A stretch of DNA of 64,000 nt. Source: Octopus sinensis (taxonomy: Eukaryota). The stretch's first letter is position 1; the number at the start of each line of letters is the position of its first letter. The stretch covers positions 21,204,001 to 21,268,000 of the forward strand of contig NC_042999.1 in the NCBI RefSeq assembly GCF_006345805.1, read 5' to 3'. Shown here in pieces: positions 13,320 through 25,993 of this stretch. The translations under genes and the position numbers were made by a program. Below the pieces are notes generated by a model. It had not been told where the DNA came from. It did not search any database and saw only the letters and a list, made by a program, of their open reading frames with translations.

Positions 13320-14050
13320 TAGGGCTTCTCTACAATAGTTTGGTCTGAAAGAGGTCAATAAACCTATATTCTTATTACGAAGGCGGCGAGCTGGCAGAAA
13401 CTTTAGCACGCCGGGCGAAATGCGTAGCCGTATTTCGTCTGCCGTTACGTTCTGAGTTCAAATTCCGCTGAGGTCGACTTTACCTTTCATCCTTTCGGGG
13501 TCGATAAATTAAGTACCAGTTACACAATAGGGTGGATGTAATCGACTTAATCCGTTTGTCTGTCCTTGTTTGTCCTCTCTGTGTTTAGCCCCTTGTGGGT
13601 AGTAAAAAAATATATATTCTTATTACGTAGTTTTAGGCACGCCATCTCATATCCTTAATGTATTCCTTGAACGGAGGATTGCAGGAATGACAGGTTCAAG
13701 CGGGTTGAAGATCTGTGAAGAAAGAAATAGCTGTAATGGTTAATGAAGGAGATGCAGAATGGAAACAAAACAACGGAGACAGCAACTGAGAATCGCCTGA
13801 TGAGATACATATAGATCTTCTTATACCCGTAAATCGTAACATAATTTAATTAGTCATTATTAGGGCTCATCTACAATGGTTTGGTCTGAAGGAGGTCAAT
13901 AAACTTATGTTCTTATTATATAGTTTATAATCACTCCATCTCATACCCTTAATATATTCCAGATATTGATGGACGATTGCAGGAATGATGGGTTCAAGAG
14001 GGTTCAAGATCTGTGAAGAAAGAAATGGATGTAATGGTCAATCAAGGAGA
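13320..14050 (+). repeat. Local tandem duplication of an about 215-bp unit; first copy interrupted by a SINE
   Basis: GGTCTGAA.GAGGTCAATAAAC...GATTGCAGGAATGA...AAGATCTGTGAAGAAAGAAAT...GGAGATGCAGA.TGGAAACAA occurs twice. Confidence 0.85.
13382..13610 (+). mobile_element. Full-length S1 SINE with 15-bp target-site duplication
   Basis: TSD TATATTCTTATTACG at 13365-13379 and 13613-13627. Confidence 0.92.
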
Positions 14051-14517
14051 TGCAGAGTGGAAACAAGACAAAAACTATATTTCTTTTTTTATCTTTTACG
14101 CGTTTCGGTCGTCGGACTGCGACCATTCTGGAACACTTTAAGTGGGTTCAGTCTAGTAAACTATAAGTGTGGTACTGTTTTATCGGATTTTCGCCGAATC
14201 ACCAAGTTACGAGGACGTAAACAAACCAACTGTGACTGTCGATCGGTAGTGGAATGGTACACACACACACATATACACACACACACATGACAGGCTTCCA
14301 TATAGTTTCGACAATAATACAAAACTGAAAAAAAATATTTTAGAACTTGTTAAATTTCTTCCAATCCCTTGAAGTTTTTCAAATTTTCATCTGAATATAT
14401 TCAAAAGACGCAATTTTGATGTAATTTATCATGATAATGACGAAAATCATTCCATTTTGCCCTTAGAAATCAATAATAAAGACGTTAAAAGCTTTTACAT
14501 TTTTTTTTCTTTCCAAG

Positions 14518-14546
14518 ATAAAAAGTATAAAAGAAAGAAGTGATAA
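14518..14546 (+). CDS. Candidate 29-nt exon (phase 0-2, IKSIKERSD)
   Basis: ttttttttctttccaag|ATAAAAAG...GATAA|gtgagt; only phase 0 is open. Confidence 0.25.
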
Positions 14547-14599
14547 GTGAGTGAGATATTGCCTTCTCGAATCATACCGACTCATAAGGACCTGTTACC

Positions 14600-14800
14600 C
14601 TGTTTCATGGAGTATAAATTCCCTACCTGGACGAAACGACGGTCCGTCACAGGCTTATTCGTTTTTGCAGCTGAGTGGACTGGGGTAGCGTGAAATGAAG
14701 TGTTTTGCTCAAGAACAAAAGACGTCGCCCGGTCCAGGAACCGAAAACACAATCTTACCCTCATGAGTCGAACACGCTAACGACTAACCCACGCGTCTCC
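14600..14800 (-). mobile_element. tRNA-derived SINE family S3 (CORE-like domain)
   Basis: rc GGAGACGCGTGGGTTAGTCGTTAGCG...GGTTCCTGG...GTTCTTGAGCAAAACACTTCATTTCACG...CCAGTCCACTCAGCTG; similar to 50065-50255. Confidence 0.75.
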
Positions 14801-15014
14801 GCCGAGGGAGATGTGCCTGAGTGCAGTCACACAAAATCTGCCCGAGTTACTAAGAGCAGCAGCAAATGTAGTAATAATCCTTTCTACTATTGGCACAAGA
14901 CCTGAAATTTGGGGCAGGCGATTACTCGATTACATCGACCCCAGTTCGTAACTGGTACTTATTTCATCGACTCCGAAATGATGAAAGGCAAAGTCGACCA
15001 TATATATATGTATG

Positions 15015-15046
<32 letters not shown>

Positions 15047-15055
15047 ATATATGTA

Positions 15056-15116
<61 letters not shown>

Positions 15117-16400
15117 CATTGTTGATAGAAAGTACAGTTTCAATTTCAGGACGTTTAGAAAAATTCAAGATGTTCGGAAAAATTACGTAGAGTAATTTGC
15201 CATGTTTTATTTTGTACGAACATTAAAACGTTTTCGACCAAAATATTTAGTCAGTTTCGTTAGCAGGTTCACGTCCTCAATAAATTACTTGCTTGATTTT
15301 CCATGTGTCAAATAAATATTTGAAAACAAAAAGAGCTTATAAATCTCCTGCAGGAAATAACAATCTACAGATTTTAAAAATAGTAGTCATTAGTCCCAAA
15401 ATGTTTATGATCCTACGTCGTATTTGTTCTCCAATTATATTTTCACACTTAATTGAACAGCTTATCTGTACCCATGTCTGTGTTTATAAAGTAAGCTTTC
15501 TTCACTTTGTTTCTCTGTTATTCAATTTGTTCTCTTTTCTACCTGCGTTTGATCAGATATAATAACACAAGACAAAGACCTTATCAAGACAGACATAGAG
15601 TTACAATAACTTGGTTTCTATCTTTGTTGGTTTTCTAAATATATCTAATGCAGTAAACACTGTCTAAACTGCTCCAACAATGAGTTGTTCGTCTATTTCT
15701 TTTCCTTATTTTTACGGTGAAGATGGCTATCTATATCGATTAACAATAGTATTTACATGTCACCATCTAGCGGAATTTTGTAAACACCACTCCTGGTAAC
15801 TTTCGAAATTTTTTGTCCTACCTCTTTATGCATATATTTTGCGCTATTTTATTGATAGGTTTCAATTTATGTAGTTCATTTCAAATTTCTTACGCTCTAT
15901 CTGTTTGAAATATAAAGTTGTGGATTTTGTTGCTTTTTTTTTTTTGCTTTCCATTTTTTTCTTTTGGGGTTTTATTTTCTGTATTCAAGAGATTACTCTA
16001 AATCGACTTTTTTTTGTTTCATTCCCTTTGCTAAATTGAATATCACACTTGTAGCGTGATGTTCTTCAATATTATCCCGCATATTATCCCGCATTATGAT
16101 GCATTTTATATATAAATAAAGATTATAAAATTAATAAGTACTAGAAAACTACTTATGTCCTGATATGCATAAATTTACTTCGGCTCGTTATCTCGACCAT
16201 TGGCGGTACTCAGATGAGGTTATTTCACTTAATGTACGTTGGAATTCCCACTGAAACCGTCTTGCTAATTTCAATAGTATTGTTTACAACTTTATCGTAT
16301 GTTTTTCATTGTTTTGTTGTTGCTTTATTTTACTGCAGATTAGAGTTTGGAATAATAAGACAATCATTAGGCAGAAACAATTAACTATTTTCCTATTCAG

Positions 16401-16449
16401 ATTTCAGTTCCCCTGTCAGTATCACACCTTTGCGCATGCCATTTGAAAG
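16401..16449 (+). CDS. Candidate exon with two acceptors (16401 phase 1 or 16408 phase 2), (DFS)SPVSITPLRMPFE
   Basis: ttttcctattcag|atttcag|TTCCCC...GAAAG|gtgagt; consensus donor, open frame. Confidence 0.35.
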
Positions 16450-17161
16450 GTGAGTGAAATGAATTAAGCTCGTTTCACGAAGTAATCAGGTTTGCATGCA
16501 TCAGTCTAGTTGTGACAATGAGTACCATTGTAATTCGCCGATGCGTATTAAGGTAATGGGGAACCTACAAATTATCTAGGGACAAGCATTTGTAGAATAC
16601 AAGTAAACTAAGAAACTTAGAACGAAATCTAGCTTCCTTCATTTCAGCCAGGTTTCTTTGTCTACATGATCAGGTGAAAACTATTATTATTAATCTACTG
16701 GAAAGTTTTAACTCAGTAATTGATTTCTAAAAGATAAATGAATTGTAGTATATGACAATTCTCTGAAGAATTCTCAATATTTAAATTTAATATTAATTCC
16801 GTTATCCTAAAGCACTATTGTGTTCCATCCCTCCCATATATCCCATTCTCTTTCAAGTACTCACTTTGCCCTTATTTCTAAAGATTCTCTTTCATATATT
16901 TTTTTTTCTCCAAATGTACTTGTAATTCCCTTACAAAATTTCCTCCTATTCTATTTCCTTTCCATTGTATAGATTCGTTCGCTATCCGGTTTTTCATTTA
17001 CTGTCATTCTCGTTAATACTGCACAGCAACGTTTTATAACAACACACAAATGAACACTCATACACATCCATACATACATGCATATGCATATACATACATA
17101 CATGCGCATATATATATATATATATATATAATATATATATATAATATTATATATATATAAT

Positions 17162-17212
<51 letters not shown>

Positions 17213-17220
17213 TATATATA

Positions 17221-17260
<40 letters not shown>

Positions 17261-17331
17261 TATATATACTCATGTATATAAATATATACATACATAATCA
17301 TGTTTATAAATATATATACATATATACACAC

Positions 17332-17367
<36 letters not shown>

Positions 17368-17974
17368 GCATATATTGGTATGTATATACATTGATACATG
17401 CACACTTATAGATATGTATATACAGATGTTCATTGTAAGAGAGAGAGAGAGAGAGAGGTTGGAAGCTAATAATTATAGAAAGAAACAGATATACAAAGTT
17501 TATGGCCTCGTCATGAGTACTACCTGACCCGTTGCATATAATTGTTAATTTGTCTATTTACTCCTACGCAAACACAAGATCACAACAATACAATCAAACG
17601 CTCATATGCATAAGTTCACATACATGATTTTCCAGTTTCTATTTTCCCATTATTCCTTTTCCTTCCGCAGATACTTATTCTGAATTATCTTCTCTCTGCT
17701 GTCTCGATCTTTTGATTTGTGTAATTATATCAGCTTTGCATTTCTTCCCCATTTCGTTTTATGTTGCTTTTCAATTCATTTCCTCATCCGCTCGCTTCAC
17801 ATCTGCAATTCTCTTCTACGTTTGCTTCCTTCGTTCATTTGTTTCAAAATGCTTATATGTGGCGATGTCCTTCATTTAACCACTGTTACATCTCTACCTT
17901 ATTAACTGGTGGCACATAATATCTAAAGTGTTGAATGTCAGAGAGAGAGAGAGAGAGAGAGAAGGGGGAGAGAG

Positions 17975-18416
17975 ATAAAGTCAACGTGCAAGAATCAGAA
18001 TACGAGATAGACGAAAGATGGAAGGGATACTGGAAGCTGGCCACAGATTTAGAGAGACTAGTAATATTTCCACTCATAAAAACGACAAAAAGACCAGACT
18101 TAGTCCTATGGGACAGAGAACAGAGAATAAGAATTTTGCTAAAACTGACACTGCCATGGGAAGAGAACATCGACAATGCAGAGAACGGAAGGAGAAGAGG
18201 TACGAAAGACTAATCGAAGAGTCCAGAGAACAGGAATGGACTTTCGAGTATTACCACTTGGCAGTAGGGGTTAGGGGCTTCATTGAAAGAAAAATGACAA
18301 CACTATTCAAAAGAAGATTTGTTTTTTCTAGCTCGGAGCTGAGAAAACTAATAAGGAGAGTACAGGAGGCGGTCGAAAAAGCCAGCTTCTGTGTATGGCT
18401 GAAGCGGGAAGACTAA
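17975..18416 (+). pseudogene. Restriction-like endonuclease (RLE) C-terminus of an R2-superfamily (HERO-like) non-LTR retrotransposon; frameshifted, 5'-truncated
   Basis: WKLATDL...FPLIKTTKRPDLVLW...LKLTLPWEENIDNA / ERKEKRYERL...W...VGVRGF...EKASFCVWLKR matches the RLE signature RPD-x-ELTVPWEE-x-ERK-x-KY-x-VG.RGF; one frameshift near 18180. Confidence 0.88.
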
Positions 18417-18800
18417 AAATGTCTTGAAAGTCATAACATTCCGACAGGAAAAGAACATCACTAGGTGAGACAGGCTGACGCTGAAGTAGCTTCGCTGATT
18501 GGTCAGTTAAGTTTGAGACAGTGTCACGTGACAACTTGCTGGGGCTGCCTGCTGCAGCCTAGCAGCAGGTATTTAAAAAAAAAATTTGACAAGACAGCCA
18601 GTCGCCAGCTGACACTCGTTGACGCTACATCGAAGAGGCCAGGGAACAGAAGAAAGATGGAGAAAGAAGACATACACTCAACACCAGAGCTGAAGACACC
18701 TCCGAAAGGGAGGCCCCGCCACGTCAAAACGGTAGATAAGTACGGGCCGAAACCGGACGTGGTTCCTCCTGATGATCTCTTGAGCTAATTAGATCCTGTA
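18417..18800 (+). mobile_element. Probable 3' UTR of the HERO-like element
   Basis: GC-richer block directly after the stop codon; 3' end not precisely defined. Confidence 0.5.
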
Positions 18801-20163
18801 AAGGAGCTGTTGTGGTAGCAGACCACGAAACGTGGCTGAAATTCCTCCATTCCTAACAGGTATATACTATTATTTTTCTGTATAATTTTCTATTCCCAAG
18901 AACCCTTTATAACAATTCTATTGTTCAAATATTGCATATCTCTTTAATTGTTATGTTCTGTTTTTCCTGATATGGGTACAACAGAGACCTATCTTACAAC
19001 AGGTCTCAGACTTAGTAAAAGTTTGATAGTGATATTAATTGCAAAAGAGGAAAATAACTACAGTGAAGTGAACCATACAGAATATGTATCTAATAAAAAA
19101 AAAAGTGTCTATAAGATTTATACATCATAAAAATGTCAGTGTGCCGTCAAGAGATATACAAAAATCGCCTGAGGTTTGGCTGGAGTCACACTTGGTAAAA
19201 GAATACTTAAATAGTTAAGAAGTAAACCATAGGAAGTTGAGAGTTGCAGATACGTCCGGTAATATCTAGACAGTCTTTTTTTCTATGCTAGCCTAACAAA
19301 AATAGAATGAAATCTGTGATCAATAGGAAACACATTCGTTTTTAAATTACCGTAGTCCTGACAGAAAGCGTCACCATTAAATTCTAAAATGTTCCCTTAA
19401 TGATCAGTAAAATAGCCAATATACTTCGCAGCAATAATATCCTCCTTCTTTTAAAATGACAATTAGCATTATTAGTTTTATAATTCCTTTACTTTTTATA
19501 TTTCACACGTGTTTGTACACACAAAGCAAATAGTACAGTTGCAAAAGAATAACTAAGTTGACTGACCATATATTTCGTAATGTGGCCATCTTAGATAAAT
19601 TGAATTCAGTCTATAAGACGAAAACATATAAAACATAATATCCACAATGACGATAATGTAATATTTACTCTTATCTCAGGAAACATATAGTAGCTAGACT
19701 TGTGTAAAAACAGAGCAAGTCTCATATAAATATTTGAAATAATGGCGGTATTGATTCTATTATATTTTATCTTGTGCTATGGGTTTGTGGGAGTAGAGAT
19801 AATTGTGAAAGCTGAAAGAAATTCATTGAGACATCCAGAATATAGATAATTCAGAATTGGCGAAAATGAAGCAAGGAAGAGATCAAATATTTCACTATTA
19901 AAATACGTGTAAATGCAGCTTACTTTCCTCTGTATTAAGTGAGATTTGAGATTGACATGTAAATCTAATGTCGGTTTAGTAAAATTTAGGCTTCTCAGTT
20001 ATGCATTGTGCTGTGTATATTTAAGATCGAATTCTGGAGAGCAGTAACGCCCCAGACAATAAGTTTACAATTGATTAGTCAGTATCTAACTTGATTTTTG
20101 TCACTCAACCTATGTTACATCGCGGCGAAAAATAAGATATTTAATCGGAGCTAAGTAGTTGTA

Positions 20164-20722
20164 GATGATGTCCTGGCTGTTAAAAAACAGGGGGCATCAT
20201 GAGCTCCCTAGATGGTGTCCTTGCTGTTAAGAAAAGGGGGGATCATGAGCTACCTAGATGATGTTCTTGCTGTTGAAAAAAGGGGGCATCATGAGCTTCC
20301 TAGATGATGTCCTTACTGTTGAAATAAGGGGGCATCATGAACTACCTAGATGATGTCCTTGCTGTTGAAATAAGGGGGCATCATGAGCTTCCTAGATCAT
20401 GTCCTTGCTGTAGAAAAAAAGGGGCATCATGAGCTACCTAGATGATGTCCTTGCAGTTGAAAAAAAGGTGCATCATGAACTTATTAGATGATGTCCTTGC
20501 TGTAGAAAAAAAGGGGACATCATGAACTTATTAGATGATGTCCTTGCTGTAGAAAAAAAGGTGCATCATGAACTTATTAGATGATGTCCTTGCTGTAGAA
20601 AAAAAGGGGGCATCATGAGCTTCCTAGATGATGTCCTTGCTGTAGAAAAAAAGGTGCATCATGAACTTATTAGATGATGTCCTTGCTGTAGAAAAAAAGG
20701 GGACATCATGAGCTTCCTGATG
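20164..20722. repeat. Minisatellite, 12 units of about 46-47 bp, each with an internal hairpin
   Basis: Unit GATGATGTCCTTGCTGTAGAAAAAAAGGGGGCATCATGAGCTTCCTA; ATGATGTCCTT pairs with AAGGGGCATCAT. Confidence 0.95.
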
Positions 20723-20749
20723 GACTTCTTTTACCTCGCTTTTTAAGTA

Positions 20750-21326
20750 TTCTTTTATTCTTTTACTCTTTTACGTATTTCAGCCTCTTGACTGCGGCCA
20801 TGATGGAGCACCACATTCACAGGGATTTTTTGTATGTATGCATGTATGTAAGTATGTATGTATGTATGTATATATAAATATGTGTGTGTATTCTCTTATG
20901 ATTTTACACTTTTACTTGTTTCAGTCTCTTGACTGTGGCCATGCTGAAGCACCACAATTACAAGATTTTTGTCGGAGAAATTGACTCCAGGACTTATACT
21001 TTTGTAAGCCTATTACTTATTCTATGGTAAGCACACGAAGATCGGTCGTCAAGTGATGGTGAGGAACCAACAGAGAAACAAAGCACACACACACACATAA
21101 ATATATACTTATATTTGATTGGTGCATAATTATGGCGGCTTTTTTTTTTCCACAAATTTTATTCAACGAAAACAATAACAACATGTAACAAAAACATCTT
21201 TAAATGATTATTCCTGAGGATATTTACCATCTACTTCAATTACTGCTTCCTATTTGCTTGGCAGATGGTCAGACCACCATTTAAACATGCTTTAGTTATA
21301 TATTGTTATTGTTTTTGTTGAATAAA

Positions 21327-21362
<36 letters not shown>

Positions 21363-21540
21363 TGTGCGTGTGTTCACGTGTATACGACGCGCGTATTTCT
21401 ATTTCTATTTCCAGACCCACTCACAAGACTTTGGTCAGTCCGAGATTATAGTACAAAACACACTTGCCGAAGATGCCACGCAGTGGGACTGAACTCGGAA
21501 CCATGTGGTTGAGAAGCACTTTTTATCACATACTCCTGTA
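20750..21540 (-). mobile_element. Several S2 SINE fragments
   Basis: Repeated TTTCAG.CTCTTGACTG.GGCCATG.TG.AGCACC tails and a degenerate 5' half at about 21370-21540. Confidence 0.7.
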
Positions 21541-21857
21541 CGTATGTATGTATATATATATATATATATATATCAACAATTGAGGGTAAAATTAATTAAT
21601 CAATTTCACCAAGTGTTCAGTATGTAAAAGGACCATTTAAGGCGAATTCAAAATATTACATTATATAATTAGGGCTTAGTAAAATAAAAAATAAATTACT
21701 TTGCCACATACTGAACTTAGTAGAAATAGCAGCCAACAAAAAATTTTTTTAGCCGTTTCTACTACTTAAAGAAAATTTCTCTCAGATAATGTTTACTCCA
21801 GACAGCTCACGAAGGTTTGGAGGTAAATACAGAAAAATATCACAAGTACATAGATCG

Positions 21858-21920
21858 TTTGAGTACGTTAACGTTTCAAGATTAGCCAAGTAAAATCAGC
21901 ATTTCTTTCGTCAGCTCAAA
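21858..21920 (-). ncRNA. Type I hammerhead ribozyme motif (left arm)
   Basis: rc: TTTGAG CTGACGA AAGA...TCTT GAA ACG TTAA CGT A CTCAAA; 6-bp stem I. Confidence 0.75.
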
Positions 21921-22564
21921 ATTTCTTAATTTGGATTTGGAAACACTAAAAAGAAGGAACCTTACCTATCTGCGAACTTGTCGCTTCAAATGAACCAGCT
22001 CCGACTGACAGTGCTTACAAATTCAAAATGCGCAGGCGTAAATCTCTGCACTCCTTTGCCACCCACGTGGTCTATCTAGTAAACATTATATTTTAACCGC
22101 GAGAACCGAGGCAGTATGACAGAGAGAAATGAATTATAATATCAACAATTGAGGGTAAAATTAATTAATCAATTTCACCAAGTGTTCAGTATGTAAAAGG
22201 ACCATTTAAGGCGAATTCAAAATATTACATTATATAATTAGGGCTTAGTAAAATAAAATAAATTACTTTGCCACATACTGAACTTAGTAGAAATAGCAGC
22301 CAAAAAAAAATTTTTTTAGCCGATTTTACCCTCAATTGTTGATATTATAATTCATTTCTCTCTGTCATACTGCCTCGGTTCTCGCGGTTAAAATATAATG
22401 TTTACTAGATAGACCACGTGGGTGGCAAAGGAGTGCAGAGATTTACGCCTGCGCATTTTGAATTTGTTAGCACTGTCAGTCGGAGCTGGTTCATTTGAAG
22501 CGACAAGTTCGCAGATAGGTATGGTTCCTTCTTTTTAGTGTTTCCAAATCCAAATTAAGAAATT

Positions 22565-22625
22565 TTGAGCTGACGAAAGAACTGCTGATTTTACTTGGCT
22601 AATCTTGAAACGTTAACGTACTCAA
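22565..22625 (+). ncRNA. Type I hammerhead ribozyme motif (right arm), GUA cleavage triplet
   Basis: TTGAG CTGACGA AAGA(22 nt)TCTT GAA ACG TTAA CGT A CTCAA; all conserved core nucleotides and three stems present; predicted cut after 22620. Confidence 0.78.
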
Positions 22626-23767
22626 TCGATCTATGTACTTGTGATATTTTTCTGTATTTACCTCCAAACCTTCGTGAGCTGTCTGGAGTAAACATTATCT
22701 GAGAGAAATTTTCTTTAAGTAGTAGAAATGGCTAAAAAAATTTTATTTTGGCTGCTATTTCTACTAAGTTCAGTATGTGGCAAAGTAATTTATTTTATTT
22801 TACTAAGCCCTAATTATATAATATATATATATATATATATATACAAAGTGCCCATGGTACAATAAACGTCTGGCAAATTTGAATCATATAGGTATCATAT
22901 GTTTATGTTTAACATCTGTACATGGCAGAAGAGATTCACACGCCCAAGCTACTGAACATTGAACTTTAACGTGGAAAAAAGTTTGGCACGTAGTGATCTT
23001 CTCAACTACGTAACTATGCATAAACTCGACGTTCATAAATTCCAATACTATTTAGATAACTATTGATTTTCTCTTACATTAAGTAGTATTTAGATTAAAT
23101 AATAATTTTATGAGGCAAAAATAAAACAAGACGATATCACTAAGAAGCCAGAATAATATCAAATGATTAGATAAAAATATCATGTGACGTAACAAGAATA
23201 TATTTAAACGCAACAAAGCAAATAAGGAAATAAATGTTATGGGGATTGCTATTTAGGTAAAATTTATATTTCTTGGTAATCGGTGGATGCAAAACGGTAT
23301 TGTGAAGCTTCACATTCAAAAGTGCGGAATGTGAATCGTATCATAAATTGCAGTTTGTCGACTGTAACAAGCCATGCATGTGCTATTATGGTAGGTTTAT
23401 TTTTGTCGTTCACGATGATTGTGTAAATCATGTGCACATCATTATACATTTACGGATCTTATCTATACGCATCGATTTTAAATGCACAGTTTTTAATGAA
23501 TTCTTGTAATGTAGAATTATATAAATATACCTCGATGATTCAGAAAGAGATGTATCATTGCGACTGAGATATAAATGGAGAGGATGTAACAATAGGAATT
23601 CAATAGTAGATGTTGTAAATGTATATGCAGTCACGAATATATAGGTGTATGTGTGCGTGTGTTTATATGTCCATATATAAGTATACACACATACTCACAC
23701 ATATACACATATATTCATGTGCCTACATGCCCAAACTTTTGAACGCTTACACATACATACATACATG

Positions 23768-23820
<53 letters not shown>

Positions 23821-23879
23821 TAGAAAATATAAATGTATGTACATATATAACGTTATATATATATGTATATATGTATATA

Positions 23880-24120
23880 TACACATATAATATATACCGT
23901 TATATATATGTATATATATGTGTGTATAATATATATATATAGATAGATATAGCTATATATACACATATAATATATACCGTTATACATATGTATATATATG
24001 TGTGTATAATATATATATATAGATAGATATAGCTATATATACACATATAATATATACCGTTATACATATATATATATATATGTGTGTATAATATATATAT
24101 ATAGATAGATATAGCTATAT
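23880..24120. repeat. About 3 tandem copies of an about 80-bp microsatellite-derived unit
   Basis: ACACATATAATATATACCGTTATA...TGTGTATAATATATATATATAGATAGATATAGCTATATAT repeated. Confidence 0.85.
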
Positions 24121-24236
24121 ATATATATGTAGACATATATATATAATTATACATATATATATATATATATATACATATATACATATATGTATACCTATAT
24201 ATACATATATATTTACACACACACACAAACATATAT

Positions 24237-24292
<56 letters not shown>

Positions 24293-24295
<3 letters not shown>

Positions 24296-24570
24296 CAAAA
24301 TAAGCAACAGGATATCAAGTATTGATGCAGTACGACCGCTTCAAGTGGATCCATTTAATTGAACAATGCAATCATTACGTCAATTTAAATGAAGTACCAT
24401 CTTCAGCTACACAAATAAACAAATAGAATTTTAACTAGTCGGACACATTAATATAATTTTTGTCAAATAATTTTTACAGTGCAAGAAGGAAGAAATGCAT
24501 GTTGTCGCTATTGTATCGCGAAAGGGTCGTACTGCATCATTAATTGATATCCTGTTGCTTATTTTTGATT
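24293..24570. mobile_element. MITE-like element with about 50-bp terminal inverted repeats
   Basis: AATCAAAATAAGCAACAGGATATCAAGTATTGATGCAGTACGACC versus GGTCGTACTGCATCATTAATTGATATCCTGTTGCTTATTTTTGATT; no clear TSD. Confidence 0.7.
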
Positions 24571-24650
24571 TCATTCACCTTACTTCGAGCTTCTCGGACT
24601 GACGTGATACTTCAACTTAAGTACCTAATTCAACTGAATCTCAATGATTT

Positions 24651-24701
<51 letters not shown>

Positions 24702-25856
24702 TAAAGCACTGAGAGGTTAATGAAGAGGAATATAACGGGAGAAATGGAAAGGAAAACTGAAGCTCTTTGAAGTGATACGTTAACTTAATGATGTTACGTA
24801 ATCATTAATCTATAAATGCATATTTCAAGCATTGCATTATCAGATATGAATATTTGAAGTATTCTATACTGAAATAAAGAACTACACGATAGAAAATTTA
24901 GTCTGTGACGAGGCAAGGCTTTGGACACAAAGAGCAAAATATTTCTGCATGCTGTTACAGACTTCAAGCATTAACCATTCTTTGTGATTACATAAGTCTG
25001 TTATTGTTAGTGATTTATTATGTTTGTCGCCTTGGGTTAAAATTAGCGTTAATATCTAAGAACGTATGAAATGTATACCACCTAATTTAAACGAAAACTT
25101 ATTTGGGGATGGATTTATATTTAATACTTCACTGTATATAATTCAACATTTGACTGTAATTCGTTTATTGAACTTGGAAGAATAAAATTCGATGTGTGCG
25201 TTCGAATTCATTTCAGAATATATCATATGCTCACAATTAAAAGATATTAAACTACATTAACTAAAATCTGTGTTTTAACATTACAAAAAGGTTAAGTCAG
25301 GCAACTCAGTATTCATCTCACCAAGGTAGGCTGAATAATGTAGAGTATATCCTAGTTACAAATTGACACAAATAAAACTTTAAGCTACAAATCGGTTTAC
25401 TAAATTCATAGATGATTCGATTTTACCGTAGCGGCATATTGATTACATCTCAACATCATGAATATTGAATATCATGCCTATATATATATATATATAAAGA
25501 AGGAAGATATGTATTTGAATTTTTCTTGTTATATATCTCATTTAAACACACACATTTTTATTCTGATGTTTAATCTTATATCTCACATTCTGCATTTGAC
25601 ATATACTTGATTTTACATGGCTGATATATATACTAATTCATATTTATAATGTATAATTTATAAATTTTAGTTCTTAATATTACAAAATATAATATTTATT
25701 CATAATATTTAATTCGTAATTTTTAATCATTTAAGCTTAATTGTATTGCTTATTTTTTAAGGGACGTAAAATTAGATATATAATATTTTGAAATAGAACC
25801 TGAAGATGTGTTGGAATAATTGTAAATATGACGATTGCAATATGTATTTATATATG

Positions 25857-25993
<137 letters not shown>

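Larger units (their letters stand above)
21572..22822. mobile_element. Penelope-like/retrozyme-type non-coding element: 569-bp monomer plus partial tandem copy plus inverted 500-bp copy, inserted in (TA)n
   Basis: Direct repeat 21572-21755 = 22141-22322; 22323-22822 is the reverse complement of 21660-22161 (few differences); one hammerhead per arm; (TA)n at both ends. Confidence 0.8.

Noticed and set aside
18745-18840. Hammerhead in the HERO-like 3' UTR (GAAAC..CTGATGA..GAAAC)
   Set aside because: Core words are present but stems I and II cannot be formed in any permutation
20164-20722. CRISPR array
   Set aside because: Eukaryotic context, no unique spacers, no cas genes; it is a whole-unit tandem repeat
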